A stretch of 64,000 nt of DNA, from assembly GCA_944386675.1 (NCBI GenBank), contig CALXBY010000003.1, forward strand, positions 17,689-81,688, given 5' to 3'. The position numbers and the translations under genes were made by a program. This document shows, in pieces, positions 11,369-20,409 of the stretch. Numbering within the stretch: position 1 is the first letter of the stretch; each line of letters begins with the position of its first letter. The notes under the pieces were generated by a model. The model was not told where the DNA came from. It was given only the letters and a program-made list of their open reading frames with translations, and did not search any database. This DNA comes from an uncultured Clostridia bacterium (lineage in GTDB: Bacteria; Bacillota; Clostridia; TANB77; CAG-508).

Positions 11369-11392
11369 GTGTGTGTGTGTGTGTGTGTGTGT
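11369..11392. repeat. (GT)12 dinucleotide microsatellite
   Basis: uninterrupted GTGT... run 11369-11392 in the intergenic region between the LbH gene stop (11554) and the pilin-like gene start (11214). Confidence 0.95.
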
Positions 11393-11553
11393 ACAGCCTC
11401 AAGGCTTACAGCTATTATTTTCATATGCTTTACTCCTCTTTTGTTCTCTTTATTTATATATCACTTTTAGTTAGATTTTGTCAATACTTTTCATTGATAC
11501 TATAATCATTTTTTTGTAATATTTATTTACAAATTATATCATTTTTTCATCAA

Positions 11554-12234
11554 TTATTTATCCTGTTTTTCTACTACTTCATTTTTATTTTTATAAATAC
11601 TATTTTCTGGAACCACACCTCTTACAGAAGATAATGGATAAATGTTAGAATTTCTTCCAACAACTGTTCCTGGATTTAATACAGAACCACAACCTACTTC
11701 TACATTATCTCCTAGCATAGCTCCTACTTTTTTTCTATTAGTTTCTATTGTTTCTTTTCCATTTTTGATAATAACTAATTTTTTATCTGACTTCACATTA
11801 GATGTGATAGAGCCTGCTCCCATATGTGCTTTATATCCTAAAATAGAATCTCCTACATAATTATAATGTGGAACTTGCACTTTATTAAATAAAATAACAT
11901 TTTTTAATTCTGTAGAATTTCCTACAACTGCACCTTCTCCGACAATTGCATTTCCTCTAATAAATGCACAATGTCTTACTTCTGCTTCTTTTCCAATAAT
12001 TGCTGGTCCATTAATATATGCTGTTGGTGCAACTTTGGCTGTTTTTGCAATCCACACATTTTCTCCTACTTTTTCATATTCTTCTTTGTCTAATTTTTCT
12101 CCTAAATCTAAAATGTAATCTCCTATATTAGGTAACACTTCCCATGGATATATACTTTTTTCTAATAATTCTTTTGCAATGGTTTCTTCTAAATTATATA
12201 AATTTTTAATTTTACATTCTTCCATTCTTTTCAT
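11554..12234 (-). CDS. left-handed beta-helix (hexapeptide-repeat) acyl/acetyltransferase-like protein
   Basis: 226 aa; repeated [LIV]G..xx[IV] hexapeptides (IIGKEAEVRHCAFIRGNAIVGEGAVVGNSTELKNVILF...). Confidence 0.65.
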   Translation of the reverse strand: MKRMEECKIKNLYNLEETIAKELLEKSIYPWEVLPNIGDYILDLGEKLDKEEYEKVGENVWIAKTAKVAPTAYINGPAIIGKEAEVRHCAFIRGNAIVGEGAVVGNSTELKNVILFNKVQVPHYNYVGDSILGYKAHMGAGSITSNVKSDKKLVIIKNGKETIETNRKKVGAMLGDNVEVGCGSVLNPGTVVGRNSNIYPLSSVRGVVPENSIYKNKNEVVEKQDK

Positions 12235-12330
12235 TCCTTTCTGAATGTTTTATAATTATCATTCTCTCTAAAATATGTACTCTATTTTAAGCATTATTTA
12301 TTATAAGATTCTCCATCTTTATTACCAAAG

Positions 12331-12364
12331 AATTGCCAAAATGGCCCGTCCCCTTTGGCAACTT
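12331..12364. repeat. family-2 palindromic repeat GTTGCCAAAATGGCCCGTCCCCTTTGGCAAC (REP-like hairpin), 2 bp after the stop of the UDP-sugar pyrophosphorylase gene
   Basis: 8-bp stem TTGCCAAA/TTTGGCAA with GGCCCGTCCCC loop; identical copies at 54173, 54243 and 61452. Confidence 0.8.
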
Positions 12365-12365
12365 T

Positions 12366-13613
12366 TTAGCTGTTCCTATTCCAATATTTTTCATATAATT
12401 CTTTCGCTGTTTTTGGGCTATCTTCTCCATCTTTATTTTTCACTGGAGCAAAATCATCTTCTCTTTTTCCTCTTAATATAGCTATATCATCAAATAATTC
12501 AAATGCATCAAAGATAAATGATTCGAATTTATATGAATTTGGCTCTGTTGGAATAACTTCTTTTCCTTCTTCATCTATGTATGAATTCTTTTTAAAAGCA
12601 CTATGATAAATTAGGGTTTCTTTACTAATTTTCTCTATTGCTTCTATTGTATATAAGTTACACATGATATGGGCTTCTCCATATTTTAGCTCTCCATCTT
12701 CATCCACTTCTTCTGCCATTTTTTCTGGTAATTCTGTATACTCAATAACTTTTGGATGTCCATTCATTTTTCCAAATACCCCAACTCTTTCATGTGCATT
12801 TGCTTTTACAATTGATTTTGAAGCAATTTGTACTTTTTTCTTAATTGCCATTCCTAATAAAATGGTATCTGCCATTTTTAGTAAAGCATTATCAACGCCT
12901 CCAATAAATACCCATTTGATTCCTTTTTCCTTCATTTCTGCCAATGCTCCACTTGCTCTTAATGAAGAATATGTTCCACCATTTCCATCAGATGCTTCTT
13001 TTATTTTCATATCTTTTCCAACTAATAATTTTCCATTTATATCTAACAAAGGTAATTCACTTTGTGCAAAAAATCTTACTGAATCTTTATCATATCCAAA
13101 ATAGTTGTTTTTTTCCATGAATTGTATTGTTTCTTCGTTGTTTTCTTTACTTGTCATTATATACCATGGAATTACTTTTTCATATTTTTGATTTGCTTCT
13201 TTTAAATTTTCTGCTAATATTTCAAATAAGTATTTTCCTTTTCCATATACATCTAATTTAAATGTCCCTTTAGGTCCTGAATGTCCTAATCTCGTTCCTT
13301 GCCCACCTGCCATTGTAACAACTGCATATTCACCTTTTCTTAGAACTTCTTCTCCTAATTTTTGAAATTCTTCTCTTTGTTCTTCTGATAATTTCTTCTT
13401 ATCCATATATGGTAATGGTTCTATTTTATTTTCCTTTATTACTATTTCTTTTTTTGTACTATCATATAATTCTTTTAGCTGATGAAAATCTATTTTACTA
13501 ATTTGCTCTATCAATTCTTGTTTTTTATCTTCGTCTAATTTTTCTAACAAATTTATAATATGTTCTTGATTATAAACTCTTAATAGGTCTATTGTATCTT
13601 GTACTTTATCCAT
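12366..13613 (-). CDS. UDP-sugar pyrophosphorylase, eukaryotic-type UDPGP family (UDP-GlcNAc/UDP-Glc pyrophosphorylase-like)
   Basis: 415 aa; MAGGQGTRLG nucleotide-binding signature of the UDPGP family. Confidence 0.75.
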   Translation of the reverse strand: MDKVQDTIDLLRVYNQEHIINLLEKLDEDKKQELIEQISKIDFHQLKELYDSTKKEIVIKENKIEPLPYMDKKKLSEEQREEFQKLGEEVLRKGEYAVVTMAGGQGTRLGHSGPKGTFKLDVYGKGKYLFEILAENLKEANQKYEKVIPWYIMTSKENNEETIQFMEKNNYFGYDKDSVRFFAQSELPLLDINGKLLVGKDMKIKEASDGNGGTYSSLRASGALAEMKEKGIKWVFIGGVDNALLKMADTILLGMAIKKKVQIASKSIVKANAHERVGVFGKMNGHPKVIEYTELPEKMAEEVDEDGELKYGEAHIMCNLYTIEAIEKISKETLIYHSAFKKNSYIDEEGKEVIPTEPNSYKFESFIFDAFELFDDIAILRGKREDDFAPVKNKDGEDSPKTAKELYEKYWNRNS

Positions 13614-13939
13614 TTTGTTTTCGCTCCTTTTAGCTAATATAGTATAGTATATGTTTTTATTTCAATATTGACATTTTATCACACTCCAATATTTTTATCA
13701 AGTTTTTCCTAAAACTTGTCATAAACCTAAGGAAAGTCCAATATACATTAAATAAAGTAATTTAGAACAGAAGCGACATGATTTAAAATCTTTGTCCTTT
13801 TTGTTAACTTACATGTCGCGTCTTTGTTCGTGTGCCAATTTTATGCAAGTAAAATTGTGTACAACGATTTTACTTTTAGAAAATATAATTTTCTAAAAGT
13901 ATACAAACATTTTGAAAGTGATTAGAAGGAGGTATATAG

Positions 13940-15418
13940 ATGGAAAATACAAGATTGTATCAAGACATCGCAAAAAGGACTGATGGGGATATTTATGTAG
14001 GTGTTGTTGGTCCTGTGAGAACTGGTAAATCTACTTTTATCAAAAGATTTATGGATTTACTAGTCATTCCAAATATTGATAATGAATACAAAAAAGAAAG
14101 AGCAAAAGATGAACTGCCACAAAGTGCTGGTGGCAGAACTATTATGACAACAGAGCCAAAGTTTGTTCCAAATGAGGCTATTGAAATTACTTTAAATGAT
14201 AATCTAAAATTTAAAACCAGGCTTGTTGATTGTGTTGGTTATTTAGTAGATAATGCAATTGGCTATTTAGAAGATGATATGCCTAGAATGGTTAAAACAC
14301 CTTGGTCTGAAGAAGAAATTCCTTTTGAAACTGCTGCTGAAATTGGAACAAAAAAAGTTATTGAGGAACATTCTACTATAGGTATCTTAGTTACTACTGA
14401 TGGAACAATTACTGACATTCCAAGAGAAGATTATATTAAAGCTGAAGAAAGAGTTGTAAATGAATTAAAAGCTTTAAACAAGCCTTTTATTATTTTACTA
14501 AATTCAAATGACCCTGATTCTGACTATACGAAAGAGCTTGCGGAAAACTTAAGCAAAAAATACAATACTTCTGTTATGCCTCTTAATTGTGAATATCTAA
14601 CCATTGAAGATATTAATACAATGTTTTCTAAAGTATTATATGAATTTCCTGTTGACCAAATTTGTATTAAATTTCCTAGATGGATTGATGGATTAGATAT
14701 ATCACATCCTCTAAAAACAGAATTATATAAAGAAATTAAAGATGCATTTTCTAATGTAAATGTTTTAAAAGAAATCTCAGGTTGTGTAGAAACTATCAAG
14801 CAAACAGAAATCATTTCAAAAACTTCTATAACAGACATTCAACTAGGAACTGGAAAAGTAAATGTTGAAATCACCTTAAAAGAAGAATTATTCTATCAAG
14901 TACTTTCAGAAATTACAGGTGTTACAGTTTCTAATGAAGGTGATTTATTTAGTATCATTTCTGAATTAGCTGATGTGAAAAAGAAATATGATAAAATTGC
15001 CTACGCCTTAGATGAAGTTAATAGAAAAGGTTATGGAATCGTTACACCTTCAATGGATGAATTAATTCTAGAGGAACCAGAAATGGTAAAACAAGGCTCT
15101 AAATTTGGAGTAAAACTAAAAGCAATGGCACCTTCTATTCATCTTATCAAAACAAATGTGGCAACAGAAGTATGCCCAATTGTTGGTTCTGAAAAACAAT
15201 CAGAAGAACTAGTAAATTATCTATTATCCGGATTTGAAAGTGACCCTCAAAAAATCTGGGAATCTAATATCTTTGGAAAGAGTCTACATGAATTGGTAAA
15301 TGAAGGTTTACAAACCAAACTTGCAAAAATGCCAGAAGAAGCTCAAATTAAACTACAAGAAACTTTAGAAAGAATTGTTAATGAAGGCAGTGGTGGACTA
15401 ATTTGCATTATCCTTTAG
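13940..15418 (+). CDS. spoIVA: stage IV sporulation protein A (spore-coat morphogenetic ATPase)
   Basis: 492 aa; GVVGPVRTGKSTF Walker A at N-terminus; length and composition typical of SpoIVA. Confidence 0.9.
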   Translation: MENTRLYQDIAKRTDGDIYVGVVGPVRTGKSTFIKRFMDLLVIPNIDNEYKKERAKDELPQSAGGRTIMTTEPKFVPNEAIEITLNDNLKFKTRLVDCVGYLVDNAIGYLEDDMPRMVKTPWSEEEIPFETAAEIGTKKVIEEHSTIGILVTTDGTITDIPREDYIKAEERVVNELKALNKPFIILLNSNDPDSDYTKELAENLSKKYNTSVMPLNCEYLTIEDINTMFSKVLYEFPVDQICIKFPRWIDGLDISHPLKTELYKEIKDAFSNVNVLKEISGCVETIKQTEIISKTSITDIQLGTGKVNVEITLKEELFYQVLSEITGVTVSNEGDLFSIISELADVKKKYDKIAYALDEVNRKGYGIVTPSMDELILEEPEMVKQGSKFGVKLKAMAPSIHLIKTNVATEVCPIVGSEKQSEELVNYLLSGFESDPQKIWESNIFGKSLHELVNEGLQTKLAKMPEEAQIKLQETLERIVNEGSGGLICIIL

Positions 15419-15423
15419 TCCGT

Positions 15424-15469
15424 TAGGGACGTGCCAAAATAGACATTTTTTGTCCCAAAGGGACACACC
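15424..15469. repeat. degenerate solo copy of family-1 arm (TA + GGGACGTGCCAAAAT...GTCCCAAAGGGACACACC), 5 bp after spoIVA stop
   Basis: first 17 nt and last 13 nt match the family-1 arm ends; internally deleted. Confidence 0.6.
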
Positions 15470-15543
15470 TTATCTCTATAAGTTAGAAAAAGTCAATTGT
15501 ACACATTATTTTTTCTAACTTATATGTAAGGCTACACTATAAA

Positions 15544-15584
15544 ACCAGGACTTAGAAAATAGTTTCTAAATCCTGGTTTTTTTA
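15544..15584. terminator. bidirectional rho-independent terminator between spoIVA and the convergent phosphatase gene
   Basis: ACCAGGACTTAGAAA...TTTCTAAATCCTGGT stem followed by T7. Confidence 0.7.
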
Positions 15585-15592
15585 TGTTTCTT

Positions 15593-16129
15593 TTATTTAG
15601 ATATTTCTAACATAAAATACTCTAAATTTTTCAACATGATATTCTCTGTTTTAATATTATACATTCTCTTTATTGTTCTCATAATACCATTACTTGTACA
15701 AACTAAAATTAGAGAATTATCTGGATAAGTTGCAAAAATCCTTTCAATTGTTTCTCTCACTCTTGCTTCTACTTCTTCATGTCTTTCACCATAAGGTGGT
15801 GTGTAAATTCCTTTCTGAAAATCTTTTCTTAAAGATTGATCTACGTTTTCTTTATTTTTTCCTTCCCAATCTCCAAGACTGATTTCTGTAAATCCATCCT
15901 CTTCAATGAATTCCTGATTTGGAAAGATAGCCTCTAAAGTCTGTTTCGTTCTTTTAAGAGGTGAACAATAAATTGCATCAAAATGATAATTTTTAAACGT
16001 TTTTCTCATTTTTTTAGCCTGATTTCTTCCCTCTTCTGTAATCCCTACATCTATTCTTCCACAAAACCTACCTTCTTCATTCATTTTCGTCTTTGCATGT
16101 CTTAGAAAAATAATTTGTTTCATATGCAC
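15593..16129 (-). CDS. histidine phosphatase (phosphoglycerate-mutase family) protein
   Basis: 178 aa; IIFLRHAKT RHG motif. Confidence 0.8.
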   Translation of the reverse strand: MHMKQIIFLRHAKTKMNEEGRFCGRIDVGITEEGRNQAKKMRKTFKNYHFDAIYCSPLKRTKQTLEAIFPNQEFIEEDGFTEISLGDWEGKNKENVDQSLRKDFQKGIYTPPYGERHEEVEARVRETIERIFATYPDNSLILVCTSNGIMRTIKRMYNIKTENIMLKNLEYFMLEISK

Positions 16130-16145
16130 TCTCCTAATATGTTAT

Positions 16146-16679
16146 TTAAAACTGAAAATTTTTTACCTCACAATTTTTGATACACAATTGTAAACATGCT
16201 CCATTTTGAGGCACTCCATTAAAATAGCAGTTAACAGCTATACTAACACCTCCATGAGTTACCAATAAAATATTCTTATCTTTATACTTCTTTTTTATTT
16301 CATCTAAAAATAAAAATATTCTATTAAAGAAAACACTGATATTTTCAGCTTTTTCATAAGTTACATTTTTCTCGTAATTCCAAAATGCCTGAAAATCAAA
16401 TTCATCTTTAGACATTCCTTCCATTTCTCCGAAATCTCTCTCAGAAATTCTTTCATCAAAGATAATGAAAACGTTTTTCTCTAAATTAATAATTTCAGCT
16501 GTCTGTCTTGCTCTTTTTAAGGGGGAACAGATAATCAAATCAATGTTTTCTTCTTTTAACTTTTCCATTGTTTCTTTTGCCTGTTCTATTCCCTTAGCAT
16601 TTAACTCAATATTTGCTTTTCCTTGTACTTTTCCATACAAGTTCCAGTCTGTTTCTCCATGTCTTGTTACATATAACAT
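16146..16679 (-). CDS. histidine phosphatase (phosphoglycerate-mutase family) protein, second tandem paralogue
   Basis: MLYVTRHGETDWN...LLVTHGG; start moved to internal Met so that it abuts the upstream gene stop (16681) without overlap. Confidence 0.8.
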   Translation of the reverse strand: MLYVTRHGETDWNLYGKVQGKANIELNAKGIEQAKETMEKLKEENIDLIICSPLKRARQTAEIINLEKNVFIIFDERISERDFGEMEGMSKDEFDFQAFWNYEKNVTYEKAENISVFFNRIFLFLDEIKKKYKDKNILLVTHGGVSIAVNCYFNGVPQNGACLQLCIKNCEVKNFQF

Positions 16680-16680
16680 A

Positions 16681-17766
16681 TCAACCTCTCCATACTTGAA
16701 ATCCATTCGCAGAAAATGAACAAATCTGTTTTAATTCTGCACAAATTTCTAATTCATTAATCTCTGCTATTTTTCTGACATACTTTCTTAAATTTTCATC
16801 AGTTTCAGGAAAGCTATGCCGACTAATCGCATCCTCTCCAATGGTAATACTTCCAGAACAAAATTTCTTTTCACCTATTTGTATAGCATTTTTATGATAA
16901 GTGAAATCACTTTTTTCTGGTAGTTCTAATCCAAAACCATGTGGTATATAGTTGTTCTTAGCATTTTCCATTTTCTTCACTATATACACATTTTTTCCCG
17001 AACTTGTGAGCAATGTTGCAAGTCCTTCAGTCTTCTGAACACCAATTAATACTTCATGCACTGTTGGCATACCATAATGAGCCACATTTAAAACCTCTTT
17101 TCCCATTTCAGTCTTCAAAACCCTTTGGCAAAAAGTATAATTTCTTTCAGCATTAAAGGTCTTAAGCATTTCTGCAATTTTATAAAACTTTTCTGCTTTT
17201 TTACCTTCAATATACCTTAGATACCGGCAATCATCAACTCTTCCTGTCTTGATATCTTGGTGATACCAGTTTCCTACTGTCGGATACAGTTGCTCCTTAT
17301 ACTCACATGCTGATGCATGAACGAGCATATAATACCCTTTCTTCATTCCTATGTGATTATCATCATTTTCCAGATGACACAAAGAAATAAAGTGGTTACC
17401 ATTGGTAAAATTCCAGTTATACTTTGATGTATCTGATAAAACCTTCTCACACTTTTTCTTGAATTCACTTACCTGCATATCGAAATTTATCCAATACAAA
17501 GCCGTACCACAAACATTTATTGTAGCATCTACAGGAATGAACGGAATGTCTGAATGTTCCCATTTATACACAGCTCCTGTAAAGAAACCACCTTTCATTC
17601 TTGTAACATTATGTGCAATCCCTAAATCAGACATTGCATAAATATCACATGTTTTCTGTGTTGATGAAAGTTTTGTCGCAACCTTTGAAATTAGCTTTTC
17701 TGTTGTTTCTAATTCCCGAAGCAAAATCTTTTGTGTTCTGTCATTTAATGTTAAATTATAAATCAT
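16681..17766 (-). CDS. divergent RtcB-family (3'-phosphate/5'-OH RNA ligase-like) protein
   Basis: 361 aa; by-eye motif alignment to RtcB: AMSDLGIAHN ~ MPDVHLGKG, PVDATINVCG ~ VGVDIGCG, NFTNGNHFISLC ~ GTLGTGNHFIEIC, MLVHASAC ~ MLHSGSRG, NVAHYG ~ NCHHNY, IPHGFG ~ SHGAGR. Confidence 0.55.
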   Translation of the reverse strand: MIYNLTLNDRTQKILLRELETTEKLISKVATKLSSTQKTCDIYAMSDLGIAHNVTRMKGGFFTGAVYKWEHSDIPFIPVDATINVCGTALYWINFDMQVSEFKKKCEKVLSDTSKYNWNFTNGNHFISLCHLENDDNHIGMKKGYYMLVHASACEYKEQLYPTVGNWYHQDIKTGRVDDCRYLRYIEGKKAEKFYKIAEMLKTFNAERNYTFCQRVLKTEMGKEVLNVAHYGMPTVHEVLIGVQKTEGLATLLTSSGKNVYIVKKMENAKNNYIPHGFGLELPEKSDFTYHKNAIQIGEKKFCSGSITIGEDAISRHSFPETDENLRKYVRKIAEINELEICAELKQICSFSANGFQVWRG

Positions 17767-18035
17767 ATTGTTTCCTCCTTTTTGTCACATTAAATGTTTT
17801 TTGTTACAATTCCTTTACTATAAAGAATCAAGTTTCGCATTTTAAGCATTTATTTTTTTGCTTAATATCTGCCCTGTTTTATTTTATGTTAATCTCAATC
17901 GTTAAACTTTTCAAAATACAGTTTTTCAAAATTGATAAAAAAAATATCAAATTTCATTTTCTTTATGGAGATATTCCCTTCTATCCTTGTACTTTTATGT
18001 AACATAATGGTATAATAAAGATAGATTTTGTTATT

Positions 18036-20339
18036 ATGGAGGAACTTATGGAACAAGATATCTTAAAAACAAATAGAGCAAAATTATTATCTGATTTTAT
18101 TAATGAAATGAAACTATCTATTAAAAAACATAATATAAAAGGAGAATTACCTAGTAAAACATATATCTATACAAGAATTGCAGATTATACACATTATGCA
18201 GAAGTAAGTATCCGAAAATTTTTAACTGGTAGTATTCCAAAAGACATTCCTAGTTTTCTTCAAGGAATTTTAGAATATGCAAAATTGATACAAGTAGATG
18301 ATTCTAAAATTGATGCATTTGCTAAAAATTATTTATCTGCTACGAATACAGTTGTTTTTCAGGATGCAACTATCCAAACAAAAAACAACCTAATTCCTCA
18401 AGACTTAAGCAAAATTATTCGATCTCAAAAACTAACTTCGTTTTTAGATGATTTTATCAATCATCCTATTAATATTGCTTATATTTATGGATATAAATTA
18501 GGTGGAAAATCAAAATCTGTTATGGCATATATGTATGATTTGAGCTTAAAAAATAAATTTGAAAATATGATTTGGATCAATCTAAAAAAGGAAAATCAGC
18601 TATCTACTATTTTAGATACCATTTTGCTTTTCAATTTAGAAAATAAAGCAGAAATCAAACCTGAAGAAAAACAAGATACTTGTCTTGAGTTTATAAAAAG
18701 CACGAAATCTATCCTTATATTAGATTTTGATGATGACATTATCCAAGATGAAACCTTTACATTTGTAAAAAACTTTTCTAAATTTTCAAAAATAGTAATG
18801 ATTACTTCTGTCCCTTATTATCAATATGAAAATCAGTTAGATACCTATTGTTCTAGTTTCTGTATTAATGACTTCATTTCTAAGGAAGAATTAAAAGCTA
18901 TGCTTCATACAACAGAAAATTTTAGAAAAATTATAGATATGCAACCTTCATTAGTTGATACATTATATTCCATTACTGGTGGCATTCCATTTGCCTCTAT
19001 CTATCTAATGAAAAAAATTGTAAGTGTCAATAAACTAGGCGTTTCTTTAGAAAATGCCATTTCTAAATATACAAAAACAAATGAAGATTATAAAATCATG
19101 TCAGAAAAAATCATTCATGATATATGGAAAGAATTAAGTCCAATCGCAAAAAAAATACTCATCATTTGTGCAAATTTTAAATATACCATCTCGATTGAAC
19201 TTGTTTCCTACATATTACATTTAGATATATTATCTAATGAGTGGCAAGAAGCAATTACAGAATGTTATACAAATGATTTATTGATACCTATTATCCAAAA
19301 TCATCCAAGACTTGATATGCACAATTTAATAAGAACACTTGTCTTAGTAAATGCATCTGAAGAAGATTTTAATAAAGAAACATTTTTAAAACAATTAGCA
19401 AAGTTTTATATAGATAAGTCTGCCTATGTGGGTGAATGTTATAATGATATTTCTAAATTAAAATTATTTGATGAGTTAGATGAATGGAACATTACAAAAC
19501 AAGTATTAAATATGTTAGAAGAAAATAAATTATATAAAGAATATATTACGATAATTAGAAATTTAAAATACTACATTTATGTTAGAGGTATGTGGGAAAA
19601 AGGAGAAGATTCTCCACATTTAAAAAGAGCAAAAATGGCAAATATGATTGAAGATAAAAATGAAGAATTAGAAGCTTTGTGTGATTATATTAATATTATG
19701 TCTAAATCACAAAATCAAGAAGAAGCAAAAAAATATTTAGATATTGCTTCAAAAATTATTGAAAAAGAAAAAGATTCTTTAGAAAAACGTATTGTTTGCT
19801 TATTTTATCATGTAAAAGCTCTGTACACTTGTAACTGTTTAAAAAATTACAAAGAAAGTTATGACATATGGATCAATATTAAAGAAAACTATTTTCCTTA
19901 TATTAATGAATATAGAAAATTGGTAACAGATTTATGGATTACCAGATGCTATTTAAAAATTGAAAATGATTTTAAAGCAAAATATGATATGCTAGTTAAT
20001 CGTCTAAAAGATGCAAAAACAGCAAACTTTACTCGTGGTCAAGCAGATTATCATCTTTTACTCATCTCGCTTCTATTAGAACATTTTTCTATCACGCAAG
20101 ATGTAAAATTCTTAAAAATGGCAAATACAAAATTACATACTTGTGAACAATTTTTAAAAGATAATGATTCTTATGATATTCGAAATGAAGCTTTATATTA
20201 TCGTCTAAGAGCTATTTATTATACATACAACAATGATTTTACACAAGCTCAAGAAGTTGCTCAAAAAGCAATTAAAGATTACCAAATAATGAATTGCAAA
20301 AAAGATATTGAGAGTTTACTTGAAATTTTAGATAAATGA
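18036..20339 (+). CDS. STAND-class NTPase: N-terminal XRE-like HTH, NB-ARC-type P-loop module, C-terminal TPR-like helical repeats
   Basis: 767 aa; Walker A GYKLGGKS, Walker B ILILDFDDD; N-term ...LPSKTYIYTRIADYTHYAEVSIRKFLTGS HTH-like; start may be Met5 at 18048 (GGAGG 6 nt upstream). Confidence 0.6.
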   Translation: MEELMEQDILKTNRAKLLSDFINEMKLSIKKHNIKGELPSKTYIYTRIADYTHYAEVSIRKFLTGSIPKDIPSFLQGILEYAKLIQVDDSKIDAFAKNYLSATNTVVFQDATIQTKNNLIPQDLSKIIRSQKLTSFLDDFINHPINIAYIYGYKLGGKSKSVMAYMYDLSLKNKFENMIWINLKKENQLSTILDTILLFNLENKAEIKPEEKQDTCLEFIKSTKSILILDFDDDIIQDETFTFVKNFSKFSKIVMITSVPYYQYENQLDTYCSSFCINDFISKEELKAMLHTTENFRKIIDMQPSLVDTLYSITGGIPFASIYLMKKIVSVNKLGVSLENAISKYTKTNEDYKIMSEKIIHDIWKELSPIAKKILIICANFKYTISIELVSYILHLDILSNEWQEAITECYTNDLLIPIIQNHPRLDMHNLIRTLVLVNASEEDFNKETFLKQLAKFYIDKSAYVGECYNDISKLKLFDELDEWNITKQVLNMLEENKLYKEYITIIRNLKYYIYVRGMWEKGEDSPHLKRAKMANMIEDKNEELEALCDYINIMSKSQNQEEAKKYLDIASKIIEKEKDSLEKRIVCLFYHVKALYTCNCLKNYKESYDIWINIKENYFPYINEYRKLVTDLWITRCYLKIENDFKAKYDMLVNRLKDAKTANFTRGQADYHLLLISLLLEHFSITQDVKFLKMANTKLHTCEQFLKDNDSYDIRNEALYYRLRAIYYTYNNDFTQAQEVAQKAIKDYQIMNCKKDIESLLEILDK

Positions 20340-20375
20340 TTTTTAAGTAAAAACAATGTAACATTTCTAGTATTC

Positions 20376-20407
20376 GCAAAAACCCGAAGGGTAATTCCCT
20401 TCGGGTT
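20376..20407. terminator. GC-rich hairpin terminator shared by the convergent STAND gene and the orphan gene
   Basis: AACCCGAAGGG TAATT CCCTTCGGGTT; T-run on the minus-strand reading. Confidence 0.7.
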
Positions 20408-20409
20408 GC

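Noticed and set aside
13620-13939. Sigma-E type promoter for spoIVA and the imperfect inverted repeat ACAGAAGCGACATG...CATGTCGCGTC
   Set aside because: I could not place -35/-10 elements with correct spacing by eye, so I left it unannotated.
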